Below are positions 19,486 through 30,205 of a DNA stretch of 64,000 bases, in pieces. The stretch lies in NCBI GenBank assembly GCA_963836075.1, contig CAWIIB010000001.1:1088001-1152000 (forward strand), read 5' to 3'. Under the pieces are notes generated by a model. The model ran no database searches. It had not been told where the DNA came from and saw only the letters and a program-made list of their open reading frames with translations. The stretch's first letter is position 1. Every line of letters starts with the position of its first letter. A program made the position numbers and the translations under genes. The stretch comes from an uncultured Acidobacteriota bacterium. Lineage in GTDB: Bacteria > Acidobacteriota > JAQAZP01.

Positions 19486-21192
19486 CTACCGGCCTGCCGC
19501 CCGGGGCGTCCCCGACCCGCCGATCGCTGCCCGGGCCATGATCAGTGAGCTCTCGCCGGTGATGGTGTCCCGGATCCCGGTGGCTACGGCATAGTCCGCG
19601 GCGGGAAAGACCAGCCGCGCCCCGTAGCTGAAAGTTGCTTGCGGGTCCATCTCTTCCGCCGCGATGAAGATCGGGAGCTTGATGGTGTGCGAAGGGATAT
19701 AGCTCAGATCGGGGGACCGCGCGGCGATGAAGATGGTCAATTCCCCGGAATACCCTCCGGCGCTTCGCTCCACCAGACCCAGTTTGCTCTGGGGCAGCGA
19801 CACGGCAAGGGTCAACCGGGTCACGACCCCGGCGTCCTGCACGACCCGCTCCGCGGCCACCACCTCGGCCACCGCTTCCAGCGGGTTCCGCTCCAGCCGG
19901 TGATCGAAGTGGAGCAGAAGGGTCTCCTGGGCCATCCGGGTATCCGGCCCGGAAACCGACAGTGCCCTCTGGTAGCTGACGTTGAGCCGCTTCTTCTCCG
20001 GCAGGTCGAGGGTGATCCGATAGTTGGCGTCGGGCTGCCAGCCGTCGGTGCGGATGCCGATGCTGTAATAGTTGTTCAGACTGGCCCGGATCTCCTTTAG
20101 AGCCGCCGTGTAACTGCTGCTGCCCACGTAGGCCTTGCCGCCGGTTTCCCGGGCCAGGTAGGTCACCCCGCCGGACGCAACCGAAGTGAGTCGGGTGTCG
20201 GCACCCAGCCCCCGGGCATCCAAAGTAAAGACCGGGATCTCGGCCGCGTTGAGTTGCCGTACCGTCGAGAACAGCGCCTCCTTCTCATTGAAAGCGCCGG
20301 CCGACTGCTGGTTGGCCCCGCCCCGGTCATCCCCGAAGCGCAGACCCGGTCCCATCTCCACCGGCAGTTCCTCGGAGAGGAAGATGATCACTTTGCGGCC
20401 CGGCACCCCGGCAAGAAAGGTGCTCAGGGTGCCCAGGGCTTCACAGGTCAGCTTGGCGTAGTAGCTCTTCTCCCCCAGGGTCCGGTCGGCCATGTTGACA
20501 TCATTGTCGGGGTAGATGCTGGTGGGCCCCTCGCCGGCCAGCCCGCCGGGGAAAGCCGCCTGCATCGAGGCCCGCTTGAGGTTGTCCTTGAGCACATTGG
20601 GATTGGTGGTAAAACGGGTGTTCAGCTGGAACCCCTGCTCGAAATTGACCACCAGCCCCTTGTCCCCCCCACCGAACATTTCGTCCACGAAGCTGTTGAG
20701 CCTGGTGACCACCCGCGGCCGGTTTCTCGGGTCCATATGCAGGTTGTCGAAGAAGAAGACATAGTGGATCGGCTCACCTTCGATTGGATCAACTATTTCC
20801 GACGGAATGTCCGCCTGCCCCTCTTCCCCGGGTTCCGGCGGGGCATCTTCCTCTTCTTCCACCGGGGGAAAGATGGTCTGGCCGTCGCGCACTTCGTGGA
20901 ACAGGCGAACCGGAATCTCGCGGCCGTTCAATTTCAGTTGAAAATCTTCCGGATGCAGCCCCTGGACGAATTCACCAGACTTGTCCTGGACCGTCACCCG
21001 CAGATTGAGAACCCGCACCTCCAGGTCCACCTTGAGCGGATCAGGCTCCTCCCCCTCGGCACCCGGTTTCGGTATCGGCTCCATTGGCGGCGCATCCTGG
21101 GCCTCGAGAAAGGGCGACCCGCCCCATACCCCCAGGATCAGCAGGGCAAAAACCACGGTAAGCAGAAGCTTCGCGGAAGATCTCATGGGCAC
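19486..21192 (-). CDS. VWA-domain protein (VWFA-related acidobacterial type)
   Basis: Signal peptide; VTVQDKSG..VQGL..EDF; GRKVIIFLSE; LARETGG; YYSIG. Confidence 0.8.
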   Translation of the reverse strand: MPMRSSAKLLLTVVFALLILGVWGGSPFLEAQDAPPMEPIPKPGAEGEEPDPLKVDLEVRVLNLRVTVQDKSGEFVQGLHPEDFQLKLNGREIPVRLFHEVRDGQTIFPPVEEEEDAPPEPGEEGQADIPSEIVDPIEGEPIHYVFFFDNLHMDPRNRPRVVTRLNSFVDEMFGGGDKGLVVNFEQGFQLNTRFTTNPNVLKDNLKRASMQAAFPGGLAGEGPTSIYPDNDVNMADRTLGEKSYYAKLTCEALGTLSTFLAGVPGRKVIIFLSEELPVEMGPGLRFGDDRGGANQQSAGAFNEKEALFSTVRQLNAAEIPVFTLDARGLGADTRLTSVASGGVTYLARETGGKAYVGSSSYTAALKEIRASLNNYYSIGIRTDGWQPDANYRITLDLPEKKRLNVSYQRALSVSGPDTRMAQETLLLHFDHRLERNPLEAVAEVVAAERVVQDAGVVTRLTLAVSLPQSKLGLVERSAGGYSGELTIFIAARSPDLSYIPSHTIKLPIFIAAEEMDPQATFSYGARLVFPAADYAVATGIRDTITGESSLIMARAAIGGSGTPRAAGR

Positions 21193-21355
21193 TCCTCCGA
21201 ACGGGTGAAACGCCGCCTGCCCTTGAGGGCCGGGCCGGCGCCGGTTATCCTAGGATGACGCTGAACAATGCTCGGGCCTCGCCGGCCCGAATTGACCACA
21301 TCATACACCAATTGCAGGAGATCGGACAGATTCCGCCGCCGAGGAGGGCCGAGGG

Positions 21356-21772
21356 ATGAAATCGTATCGCAAGGAACTCTGGTTCGAAGTGCCCACCCGC
21401 CGGGCGCTGATCAACATCACCCCCGAGGTGGATGAATGCCTGCGGGAGAGCGGCATCCGCGAAGGGCTGGTGCTGGTAAACGCCATGCACATCACAGCGA
21501 GTGTCTTCATCAACGACGACGAGCCGGGCCTGCACCAGGACTACGACGACTGGCTGGAGAAACTGGCGCCCCACGAACCGGTGAGCGGCTATCGCCACAA
21601 CGTGGGCGAGGACAACGCCGACGCCCACATGAAGCGCCAGATCATGGGCCGCGAGGTGGTGGTGGCCATCACCGGCGGCCAACTGGACTTCGGCACCTGG
21701 GAGCGGATCTTCTACGGCGAGTTCGACGGCCGGCGGCGGAAGCGGGTGCTGGTGAAGATTATCGGGGAATAA
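21356..21772 (+). CDS. yjbQ: YjbQ/UPF0047 secondary thiamine-phosphate synthase family protein (intact anchor of the array)
   Basis: [38 protein letters not shown]. Confidence 0.93.
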   Translation: MKSYRKELWFEVPTRRALINITPEVDECLRESGIREGLVLVNAMHITASVFINDDEPGLHQDYDDWLEKLAPHEPVSGYRHNVGEDNADAHMKRQIMGREVVVAITGGQLDFGTWERIFYGEFDGRRRKRVLVKIIGE

Positions 21773-21833
21773 TGATGCGTAGCATCATCAAGTGACATCG
21801 TTGCTCTGAACAGCCAGATATTCCTCTTCTTAG

Positions 21834-22058
21834 CTACACCCATCACTCGCGTCTACCATATGGGGGAGCTTACGGAATCTAACACATGAATGGCAAGTTA
21901 GTTTGGCTGTTTACGAGTCAAGCGCTGTGACGTGGGATAGATTTACTGTAGCAATCCCAGGTAATGCTGTTCTTGAAGAAGATATCGAAAGCACATTTAA
22001 GGATTTCATTGATGACTTAATTATTGATTACTTGGCGGCCAATAGGAGTAAAAACTAA
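21834..22058 (+). pseudogene. Headless 3' remnant of a hypothetical gene
   Basis: 74-codon stop-free frame with no ATG, ending VTWDRF..IESTFKDFIDDLIIDYLAANRSKN*. Confidence 0.45.
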
Positions 22059-22066
22059 GTTTATTA

Positions 22067-22270
22067 ATGGAAGATCACATAATAAAAGTCAATGCACATG
22101 GCAATAAGGTATGGTCGAAGATTATTGAAGGTATCGATTATGGTTACGCTGTAAAGGAGACATCCGATGGTGGTTTTATTATCACAGGATTCACCGACAC
22201 AAACAGTCAAGATATGTATCTTCTCAAGCTTGACAGCTTGGGGAATGCGCCCACCATCGCTACTAAGTGA
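22067..22270 (+). pseudogene. 3' remnant of a beta-propeller-repeat secreted protein
   Basis: GNKVWSKII..DYGYAVKETSDGGFIITG..DMYLLKLDSLGN is about one unit of a normally multi-repeat protein; no signal peptide. Confidence 0.7.
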
Positions 22271-22362
22271 TAACAGTTGTATCTCAAAATAACGAATGAA
22301 TAATAATGAGGTTTTGCAGCAGCATTTTTCCAAAATAAATCCCGCAGAATTGGCATGGTTCT

Positions 22363-23856
22363 CTAGTTTTGTGAATCGATGGGGTCTATATAAGTGAACA
22401 GCCAGAAAGGGCCAGGCCATGATTTCGTTTTATTAGAAAAATGTAAGACAACCGATGATGGTTTTGAAGCCGATAGATCAACTACTCCATCATTCAGCCT
22501 ATGCTGGATAGCACAAATATTGTTTTCACCGCGCTTGATATTCCATTGCCGAGAATGACCTCTCTGCGGTGAACACGTGAAGACCCATTGTTCATAGTTA
22601 TCTGGTTCATCTGGATCTGGCCGCGGAGTGTGGGCCCTGAGTAAACGACCAGTAGATTTTTGCTGTATTGTATAATAATCGCCTTCCACTCTGGACACAA
22701 TCCACTTCTGTGAATCATCATCCTTAAGCTCAGACGTGAAAGCTCTAGAGTTTTCAGGATCTACTGCCCGAACATCCTCAATCTCATAAGCATCAAGAAA
22801 TTGTTGATTAAAAACATTTTGGATCCTGTATATCCCAGATTTCAAAGAAGTTCCAGCAACTGCTGGAGGAAAAGGGAATTTCTTGCAATACTCAGCAAAT
22901 GCATTTTCCAGTGTTTTTCTTCTCTCCCCGTTTTCGGTTAATTCCCAAATCGGACGCAGACTATCCTCATTAAAATCAACAAGAACAGGCATTCCTTCAA
23001 TTCCATCGGCCCAGCCTTTGTACGCTTCGTAAGTTTCTAAATCTCTCAACAGTTCCGGGTTGCCACCGACCGCATATAGACTTGTAGTTGTATTCTCATT
23101 TTCAATTATACTTTCAGTTTCACCAGATACTTTTACCCCTACGGATATACATTTGTACTTCGCTTTAACGGCTGTCTTAAACTTGTTTTTTTCTTCGGTT
23201 TGAGTATATGTCGTCGAAGCTCTGTATTCTGCTCTTCCACCCAGAATTGCTGAAAAAATGAAATGCGTTCCATACATTTCGAACAGTTTAAAAGGAACCA
23301 TTTCTTCTAAGTCTTGTTTAAAATTTTCTTCCAACAGTGACTTATAAGCATCTCTTCTTTCATCAAATTGTATAAGCCATTTTTGCGTTACATCACCATA
23401 GGTGTAATAATATTTCTTCCCGGTTTTTTCTTTACCCAGCTCAAAATTTTGTTCTACTGATGCTTTAAAGAAAAAGGCATTCGCCCTTAATCCCACTTTT
23501 ACTGCAAGTTCTTGTGAATATTCCTCACGACTCGATCCTTCGGCCGTAAAGATGTCTTTCTGAGAAAGATTCTTCAGTGCAACATAGTCTGGAACCAAAT
23601 ATCGCTTTGTCCCAATTGGCGTTATGGATGAACCGGTATACTTAAAGAGACAATATGGCTTAAGGCCACCCTGTGTTGCATAATCGCCAAATACATCGTA
23701 TCCATAACCGAGAACATCCAATCCAGGCGCTGGCTCAGCCTCTGGATCAACACCAAAACCGGTTTGCTCAAACACAGTTACCAATGCAGTCTGAGCCGTA
23801 GCAGGCGTAATGAATAAAAGAGACAGAATAAGATAGAATGTGATATGCTGATACAT
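22363..23856 (-). CDS. MACPF/perforin domain protein with C-terminal ricin-B-like lectin domain
   Basis: Signal peptide; LGYGYDVFG; YGTHF..AILGG MACPF signature; PIWEL; QKW/QW beta-trefoil repeats; AT-rich. Confidence 0.88.
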   Translation of the reverse strand: MYQHITFYLILSLLFITPATAQTALVTVFEQTGFGVDPEAEPAPGLDVLGYGYDVFGDYATQGGLKPYCLFKYTGSSITPIGTKRYLVPDYVALKNLSQKDIFTAEGSSREEYSQELAVKVGLRANAFFFKASVEQNFELGKEKTGKKYYYTYGDVTQKWLIQFDERRDAYKSLLEENFKQDLEEMVPFKLFEMYGTHFIFSAILGGRAEYRASTTYTQTEEKNKFKTAVKAKYKCISVGVKVSGETESIIENENTTTSLYAVGGNPELLRDLETYEAYKGWADGIEGMPVLVDFNEDSLRPIWELTENGERRKTLENAFAEYCKKFPFPPAVAGTSLKSGIYRIQNVFNQQFLDAYEIEDVRAVDPENSRAFTSELKDDDSQKWIVSRVEGDYYTIQQKSTGRLLRAHTPRPDPDEPDNYEQWVFTCSPQRGHSRQWNIKRGENNICAIQHRLNDGVVDLSASKPSSVVLHFSNKTKSWPGPFWLFTYIDPIDSQN

Positions 23857-23925
23857 AGTTTTGTCCTTTCACTGTACATATAAACAAGTGAATATAGCCC
23901 AGATAAAGAACATACATAATCTGAC

Positions 23926-23954
23926 ATTATGAGTTAATTATGAAATATTGTCAA
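23926..23954 (-). promoter_or_regulatory. Sigma70 promoter of the MACPF gene
   Basis: Minus strand TTGACA-17-CATAAT. Confidence 0.7.
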
Positions 23955-24260
23955 GAGATATATTGCTGCAGTGATTTAATTAAATGAAGTTATTATTTAA
24001 ATATCAGACGTGAAATGTTGAAATGAAACTCAATAATATTACACTTGTAAGTGGCCTTATGAAAAATATAGATTTATTTAGCATTTGTTGTTGGAACACC
24101 TCAAATTGATGGCAGGCATAGTCATAAGAGGAAACTGGAAGAAAAAGGATCGATTAATAAATTATTTTAAATAGGGCCTTCGCCTCCCGAAAGCGCAGTT
24201 AGAAAAGGTAACAATGATTTACGTGACGGATGATATAGCTTGCGTATGAGCTTCACGCTC

Positions 24261-24506
24261 GGCCTGCACCAGGACTACGACGACTGGCTGGAGAAGCTGG
24301 CCCCCCACGAACCGGTGAGCGGCTACCGCCACAACGTGGGCGAGGACAACGCCGACGCGCACATGAAGCGCCAGATCATGGGCCGTGAGGTGGTGGTGGC
24401 GATCACTGACGGCCAGCTCGACTTCGGCACCTGGGAACGGATCTTCTACGGCGAGTTCGACGGACGGCGGCGGAAGCGGGTGCTGGTGAAGATCATTGGA
24501 GAGTGA
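24261..24506 (+). repeat. yjbQ: yjbQ 3'-end copy 1 (246 bp)
   Basis: Matches 21527-21772 with 17 differences by hand count, one amino-acid changing. Confidence 0.97.
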
Positions 24507-24510
24507 GAGG

Positions 24511-24642
24511 TCAGAACCGTCCACCCTTCAAGGCGGTACCGCGGGTGAGCCCCGGAAACGCCTCAAGCGACAGCCACTTGAATACCTGTGAACCCTCGAG
24601 TTTGTAAACCAGGACCTCGGTGCCGGCGCTCGGACTGGGTCC
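24511..24642 (-). pseudogene. 3' tail of an FG-GAP-module gene
   Basis: GPSPSAGTEVLVYKLEGSQVFKWLSLEAFPGLTRGTALKGGRF* aligns without gaps to the C-terminus of the 30206 gene. Confidence 0.85.
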
Positions 24643-24697
24643 GCGGTCCCGCGGTCAGACCCGGGGCGGCCGCTACCCCGGGTCTGATGCAGAAGGC

Positions 24698-27600
24698 CTA
24701 CCTCTTGTAGGTTACTCCTCCCGGCTTAAGCACCGGACGTTCGCCGGAGGCAAAAGCGGCAATATCGAGCTGGTCGATCTTGCCGTCCCCGGTGAGGTCG
24801 GCCACGATCAGCTCGGCCAATCCCCTGCGCACAAGTTCCGCATTGGTGATCGCGGTGACCGGGGGATGAACCGGCTCCGGCAGGCCGCAGCACGCCGCGT
24901 CATTGCCCTGCAGGAAGTTGATCTGGATGTAGCTGAACTCGTCCGTGTCCACCAGGCCATCGCCGGTCACGTCGGCATGGAAGGGCGCGGTGCCGCAGTC
25001 GGTATCGGCCGAACCGTAATCCACCAGCCAGTTCATCGAGAAGACACCGAAGTCGAGGATGTCGATCCAGTTGTCGTTGTTGAAGTTGCCCAGCACGAGA
25101 TCGCTGGTGGCCGTGATGAAGTCGGCCACATACTGCGTGCCGAAGATCTCGAACGTCGGGCTCACCATGGTCCGGCGCAGGGAGTGCAGTTCGTCCTGGA
25201 CCGCGACGCAGGAGTAGGCGCCGCAGGGCACCAGGACCGTGGCCGAGGCGGAACCGGCGGTGAATTCGACGACTTCTTCAACGGTGACGCTGCTCGGCCC
25301 GCCGCACTCCCAGAGGGTGATGGTGAGGCAGCGGTCGAACGGACCGGCCTCCACGTCGCCGTCGAAGTCGAGGCTGAGCACCAGCTCGTTCACCGCGTCG
25401 ACGGTGATCGTCTGGACCTGAGCCGGCGAGACATTGCCGCAGGCGTCGGTGGCGGTCCAGGTGATGGTGATCGGCGAGTCGGTCGAATCGTAGGGATCGG
25501 TGAGACTGGCACCGCCATCACTGCGCACCCAGCCGATGACCGGCGCCCCGTCGCAGTTGTCCACCGCTGTGGCCGCCCCCGGATCGACAGCCGCCGAGCA
25601 GAGGCCGGCGTCGGCGTTCACGGTGATGTCGCCGGGAATGGTTAGCACAGGAGCGATGCTATCATCAACCGTGATCGTCTGCACGCACTGGCTGACGTTG
25701 CCGCTGGCATCGGTGGCGGTCCAGGTACGGGTGATCGCCTCCTCCTGCGGGCAGGCGCCGGCGGCAGTCGAATCGGAGTAGTCGACCACCGGCGCCGGAT
25801 CAGTGTCATCCGTCGCCGTGGCCTGTCCGGTGAAGGCCGGGTCGCTGGAAGTGCCGCACTCGATGGTCAGGTCCCCAGGACAGACGATCACCGGGGCAGT
25901 GCTGTCCTCCCACTCCGTGTCACCGAGGCGATAGAAAGCGCCGGCGTCATGCTGGTTGTTGTATTCCGTCCAGATCCATCCCGCACTCCTCGCGACATCC
26001 GAGATCCGCACCTCGTCCATTAGGCCATCAAGACAATTCCTGTCATCAATATCACCAGTGTTCTTCCAGCGGGTCGCCAGACCCATGTTGGACGCGTAAG
26101 TCCCCACGGAACAGTTGCCATTCGCCGTCGTGCAGGTTCTGGTCACGTCCGGGTCGCCATCGACGTAGAACGTCATGTCATCATCGGCAATCGAAACCAC
26201 GATATAGTGCCAGGTGTCGTCACTGATGTAGACCGTGCCAGTCTCCCGTTCGGCGGACCCGGTGTAGTCATGAGTTCGCCCGACCTCGTTGTAGCCATCG
26301 GTGATCCCGAAAGAGAACGGGACACGAGTATCAGTACCGCTTTCTCGACGCAATTCGAGCAGGAGAACGCTCGGATACCACACGTCGGCGGCGAGTTCGC
26401 CATTCTCTTGTGACGTCTTGACCCAGGTCGAGATGGTGTAGTCGTTATTGTTGCCGAGGCCCTGGAACTCTGGATCCACGGTCCCGCTGTCGAAGACGCT
26501 GACGTAGTCGTCAATCCCGTCGAAATCGTCGGCACCGTCGATCGGCCCGACGGCATTCTGGGTCACGCCACCAACCGGCGTTCCATCGTTGGCGTATTGC
26601 GTGGAATCGAGGTGCACTCCGCTCGTCTCGTCCAGGTGATGGACCATGAGGAAGTTGAAGTCCCAGGTTTCGGCGACGTTCTCCTGGTTCTCGGCAACGG
26701 GATTGCCGAAGTAGAGGTATAGCGTCGTGTCGACCGTCGACGGCAGGAAGGGCACCTCCACCCAGGCCACCAGATGTCCGGTCGAGCTGTCATATGTTTC
26801 TATCTCGTGGTCCAGCTTCGTTCCGTCGTAGGTGGTAAAGACCAGGTCGTCTCCATCGCTTTGCGCCGTCGTCCGCAGATCGTCGTCGACGATGTCGACC
26901 AGGATTGGAAAGCTGGTGAGGTCGTCGCCGACCAGGGTGTGATCAATGGTGATCGGTTTGCGGAACGGCCAGGCACCGTCCCACCAGGGGCCTTGGACAG
27001 TGAAGCTGAAGACCTCGGTGGTTTCATGGACACCGTCAGTAGCATAGACCTGCCACTGGTATGTCCCGTAGGTCAGCCCGGAAACGCCGACCTGGTAAGT
27101 TCCGTCGTAGACGCCGCTCGCCGAGTCGGAGCCGATGTCGGGGATCGTCGTGACGCTGTAGTCCATCGGCAAGCCCTCCCAGTCGGTCAGCGTGAAGCTG
27201 AGTTGGGAGAGCAGCGGCGGCACGTCGTTGGCGCCGTCTGCGGGGTCGGGGGCGGAGACGAGTGGAGCGAGTGATTCCTCGCCGCCGATCAGGGTGTATG
27301 GCTCAGGCTCGACATACTGGCGCACTCGGACGTCGTCGAAGTGTACGTCCGTTGCCGAGGAGTAGGCGCGCAGCACAGCCGGCCTCGAACCGGTCAAGGT
27401 CGCGTCCGTGCCGCTGAGCCAGCGATTCGTGCCCCGGTCGTCCACCTCGCCGCTCAGTGACGACCCGGCAGCCCCCAGCCCCAGCGGATACCAGGTATTG
27501 GGCACCCAGTGCGCATTGTTGCCGGCGTCCCAGATATCGACGGTCTGGAAGGTGCCGCCGGCCCTCTCCAGCAGCTCGGCCGCGTCATTCAATCCAACGG

Positions 27601-29214
27601 TATCGCGGATGAGCGTTCCGTACCAGTTGTCCTGGTCCTGGTAACGCAGGCCCACGCCGTGGCGGCTGCCGTTCTCCACGGTGAACTTCAACCTGGCGTC
27701 GATTCTCGCATCGGCCGGCATGTTGGCGTCGGTGACAATGACACTCTCCCAGGGCTCCTCCGTTAGCATATTGCTGCGCAGTTCGCCGTTGACCCCACCG
27801 GTCAGCCCCAGGGCCGCACCGATGTCGGTCTCGATGACAAGCCCGATCTGGCGGGTCTTGGGCCCGATATCGGAACCGCCGTAGTAGACCCACAGTTCAT
27901 CATTCGGGAATGTGTCTTTCTCGATGGTGTGCGTCAGGACCCATGGGGCGTCGGTATCGTCACCATCCCATTCGTCAGGGCCCCCCACCCCGAACGCCTT
28001 GCCGATACGCTCGCGCTGACCGGGGTAAAACGTGGGGCTGCTGTCCCGGTAGAGCTCCTGTTCCGAGAAATCGCTATCCGACCTGTAATGGCCGACGAGA
28101 ATGTAATATTCCCCGTTGTAGGTGAACGGGGCTGTGGTATGTCGCCCATTCACAAAAAGCGGATTGTTCGGATCTTGCGTCCAGTTGACCAAATCGGTGG
28201 AGGTCGCCAGTCCGGTCCGCCTGTCTAAGCCCGATGCAACGTTGTTGTGGAAGGCGTAGTACGTCGAGCCGACCTTCATCACGCCGATGATCTCGAGGTT
28301 CTCGCCAGCTTCCGTCAGAACCGGATTGCTCGGGTCCCTGGTCCAGTTGACCCCGTCGGGCGACGTCGCCAGCCCGGCGGCCCTGTAAGTGCCGCTCCCC
28401 ACGTAGAGCATGTACCAGGTGCCGCCCTCGATCCAGACCGTGGGGCCGATCACTTCAGTGTCATCCCACGCGCCGGGTGAACCCACGTCGAGCACCGCTC
28501 CCACCGGATCATCGACCCAGTTGGTCATGCCGTCCGACGAACGCTTGCGGTGAATGCGAGCCCTGCCGCCGCTGTCATGGCGGTAGGTACAGATAATACG
28601 TGCCGCCATCCAGGACCACGGCCACAGCGTAGCCGTCGGCAGGGAACATCGGGTTGTTCTCGTACTTGTGCCAATCGAGATCGTGATAGATCGACCAGTC
28701 GCCGGAGACCTCGCTCCATTGAATCAGGTCACCGCTGAAGTCGTCGAAGAACGAGAAGGTATCCTGCCCGCTGGCCGCGGCGGCCGCGGCCCCGTTCCCA
28801 TAGGTACATGTAAATGGTCTTGGTTGACGATGCAGGGATACTCGGGTTCTCAACCCAGATCCGGGTGTCCGAGGTGTTGACCCCCGACTCGATCCAGAAG
28901 TCCAGCTCCGTCGCGTTGTCGCTGTCGATGAAGCGGATATCGTCGCCCTGTTCATCCATCTCGCCGTTGGCGATCGGGCTGGCCGTGTCCACCGTGACAA
29001 GGACCACGTAGTTCGTCAGGGCTCCTCCCCCGGCGGTGTTGTCAACCGTAATCACCGCTCGGTGAATCCATGCGTTATCCCACCAAATGGATGGGTCGCC
29101 CGACGCTTCCTGGGGGGGGACGAGCAGCGCGAGGCAAACCACGAGCAAGGGCAGAAAACCAGCACGGCTGACGCGAAGACCATCATGATTGTTCATCGTT
29201 CCATCCTTTCCCAA
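24698..29214 (-). CDS. Large secreted multidomain protein: DUF2341, glycosidase-like beta-propeller, DUF2341, LamG, HYR-like repeats, dockerin-like end (frameshifts near 28800 and 28620)
   Basis: ORFs 28729..29214, 28575..29000 and 24698..28609 join; DDIRF..LDFWIE..IWV; GLATSPDGVNWTR; GLMDEVRIS; DLTGDGKIDQLD. Confidence 0.75.
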
Positions 29215-29343
29215 ACAGACACCAACCGCGAAACTGGCTCCTCCGGACAGCGGGTAGCAGACGAAATCTCTAAGACCTGACGGCTGAAATTCCGTTCGAG
29301 CAGGGGACCCAGACGAGAAAGAGCTTAATGAACGCAGAACTTA

Positions 29344-29377
29344 AAGCAATTTACATTGAAAATAAGCAATTTACATT
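29344..29377. promoter_or_regulatory. 14-bp direct repeat, 20-bp period, possible transcription-factor site
   Basis: AAGCAATTTACATT at 29344 and 29364, upstream of the 29214 gene. Confidence 0.5.
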
Positions 29378-29512
29378 CCATATTTTTCAGCAGAGACCAT
29401 TCAGACCAGTAATTTCCTGAAATGGTTGATTCTAATTCGTTTAGGGCAAAACATAGTCCCGAAAGGATTGCTTGAAGAACCCGAGTAAATGTCATCATTG
29501 GCACCGGATTAC

Positions 29513-29695
29513 TCATTTGGTGGAAGTATTTTCATAAGCTCGCATCTTCGGCCCCCGTCCTTTGACATCCCTGCAGGAAAGATGAAAATGGCAGACGTCG
29601 TTCTCATCGCTCTGGCCGCCCAGACAGTTGTCGCCACCGCAATCCCTGACCTCGTAATGGCTGCCGACACACTCGACTCAGAATGCACGGATTCC
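29513..29695 (-). pseudogene. Decayed small Cys-rich gene, phage/MGE-like
   Basis: [36 protein letters not shown] with an in-frame TGA where a Cys would complete CxxC. Confidence 0.5.
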
Positions 29696-29763
29696 TCTTT
29701 GTTTCTCAGGAAGTTGGCCGTTCAGGACGAACAGCAAAGGGCAAGTAAAACTAGATTTTCTCT

Positions 29764-30059
29764 TAAACGCCATGCACATCACCGCCAGCGTTTTCATCAA
29801 CGACGACGAGCACGGCCTGCACCAGGATTACGACGACTGGCTGGAGAAGCTGGCCCCCCACGAACCGGTGAGCCAGTATCGCCACAACGTGGGCGAGGAC
29901 AACGCCGACGCCCACATGAAGCGCCAGATCATGGGCCGCGAGGTGGTGGTGGCGATCACCGATGGCCAGCTGGACTTCGGTACATGGGAGCGGATCTTCT
30001 ACGGCGAGTTCGACGGCAGGCGGCGAAAGCGGGTGCTGGTGAAGATCATTGGGGAGTGA
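29764..30059 (+). repeat. yjbQ: yjbQ 3'-end copy 2 (296 bp)
   Basis: Matches 21477-21772 with 24 differences, 3 amino-acid changes. Confidence 0.97.
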
Positions 30060-30107
30060 GGTGGGTCATCCTGAAGGGACACCGCTTCTGGGTAGCCGAA
30101 CCGCTGC

Positions 30108-30194
30108 TCACGGCGCGATCCCCGTCACCGTGCACCTGTCCATGTCAGTGTTTCCGGCCGGCGGAAACGGCGGCTGGTTGCAGGGAAACGGCGT
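30108..30194 (-). pseudogene. 3' tail of a YNQPP C-terminal-domain gene
   Basis: TPFPCNQPPFPPAGNTDMDRCTVTGIAP* compared with TPAPYNQPPFAPSGDTDSDACTVTATAP* of the C25 protein. Confidence 0.85.
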
Positions 30195-30205
30195 CCTGCA
30201 ACCGC

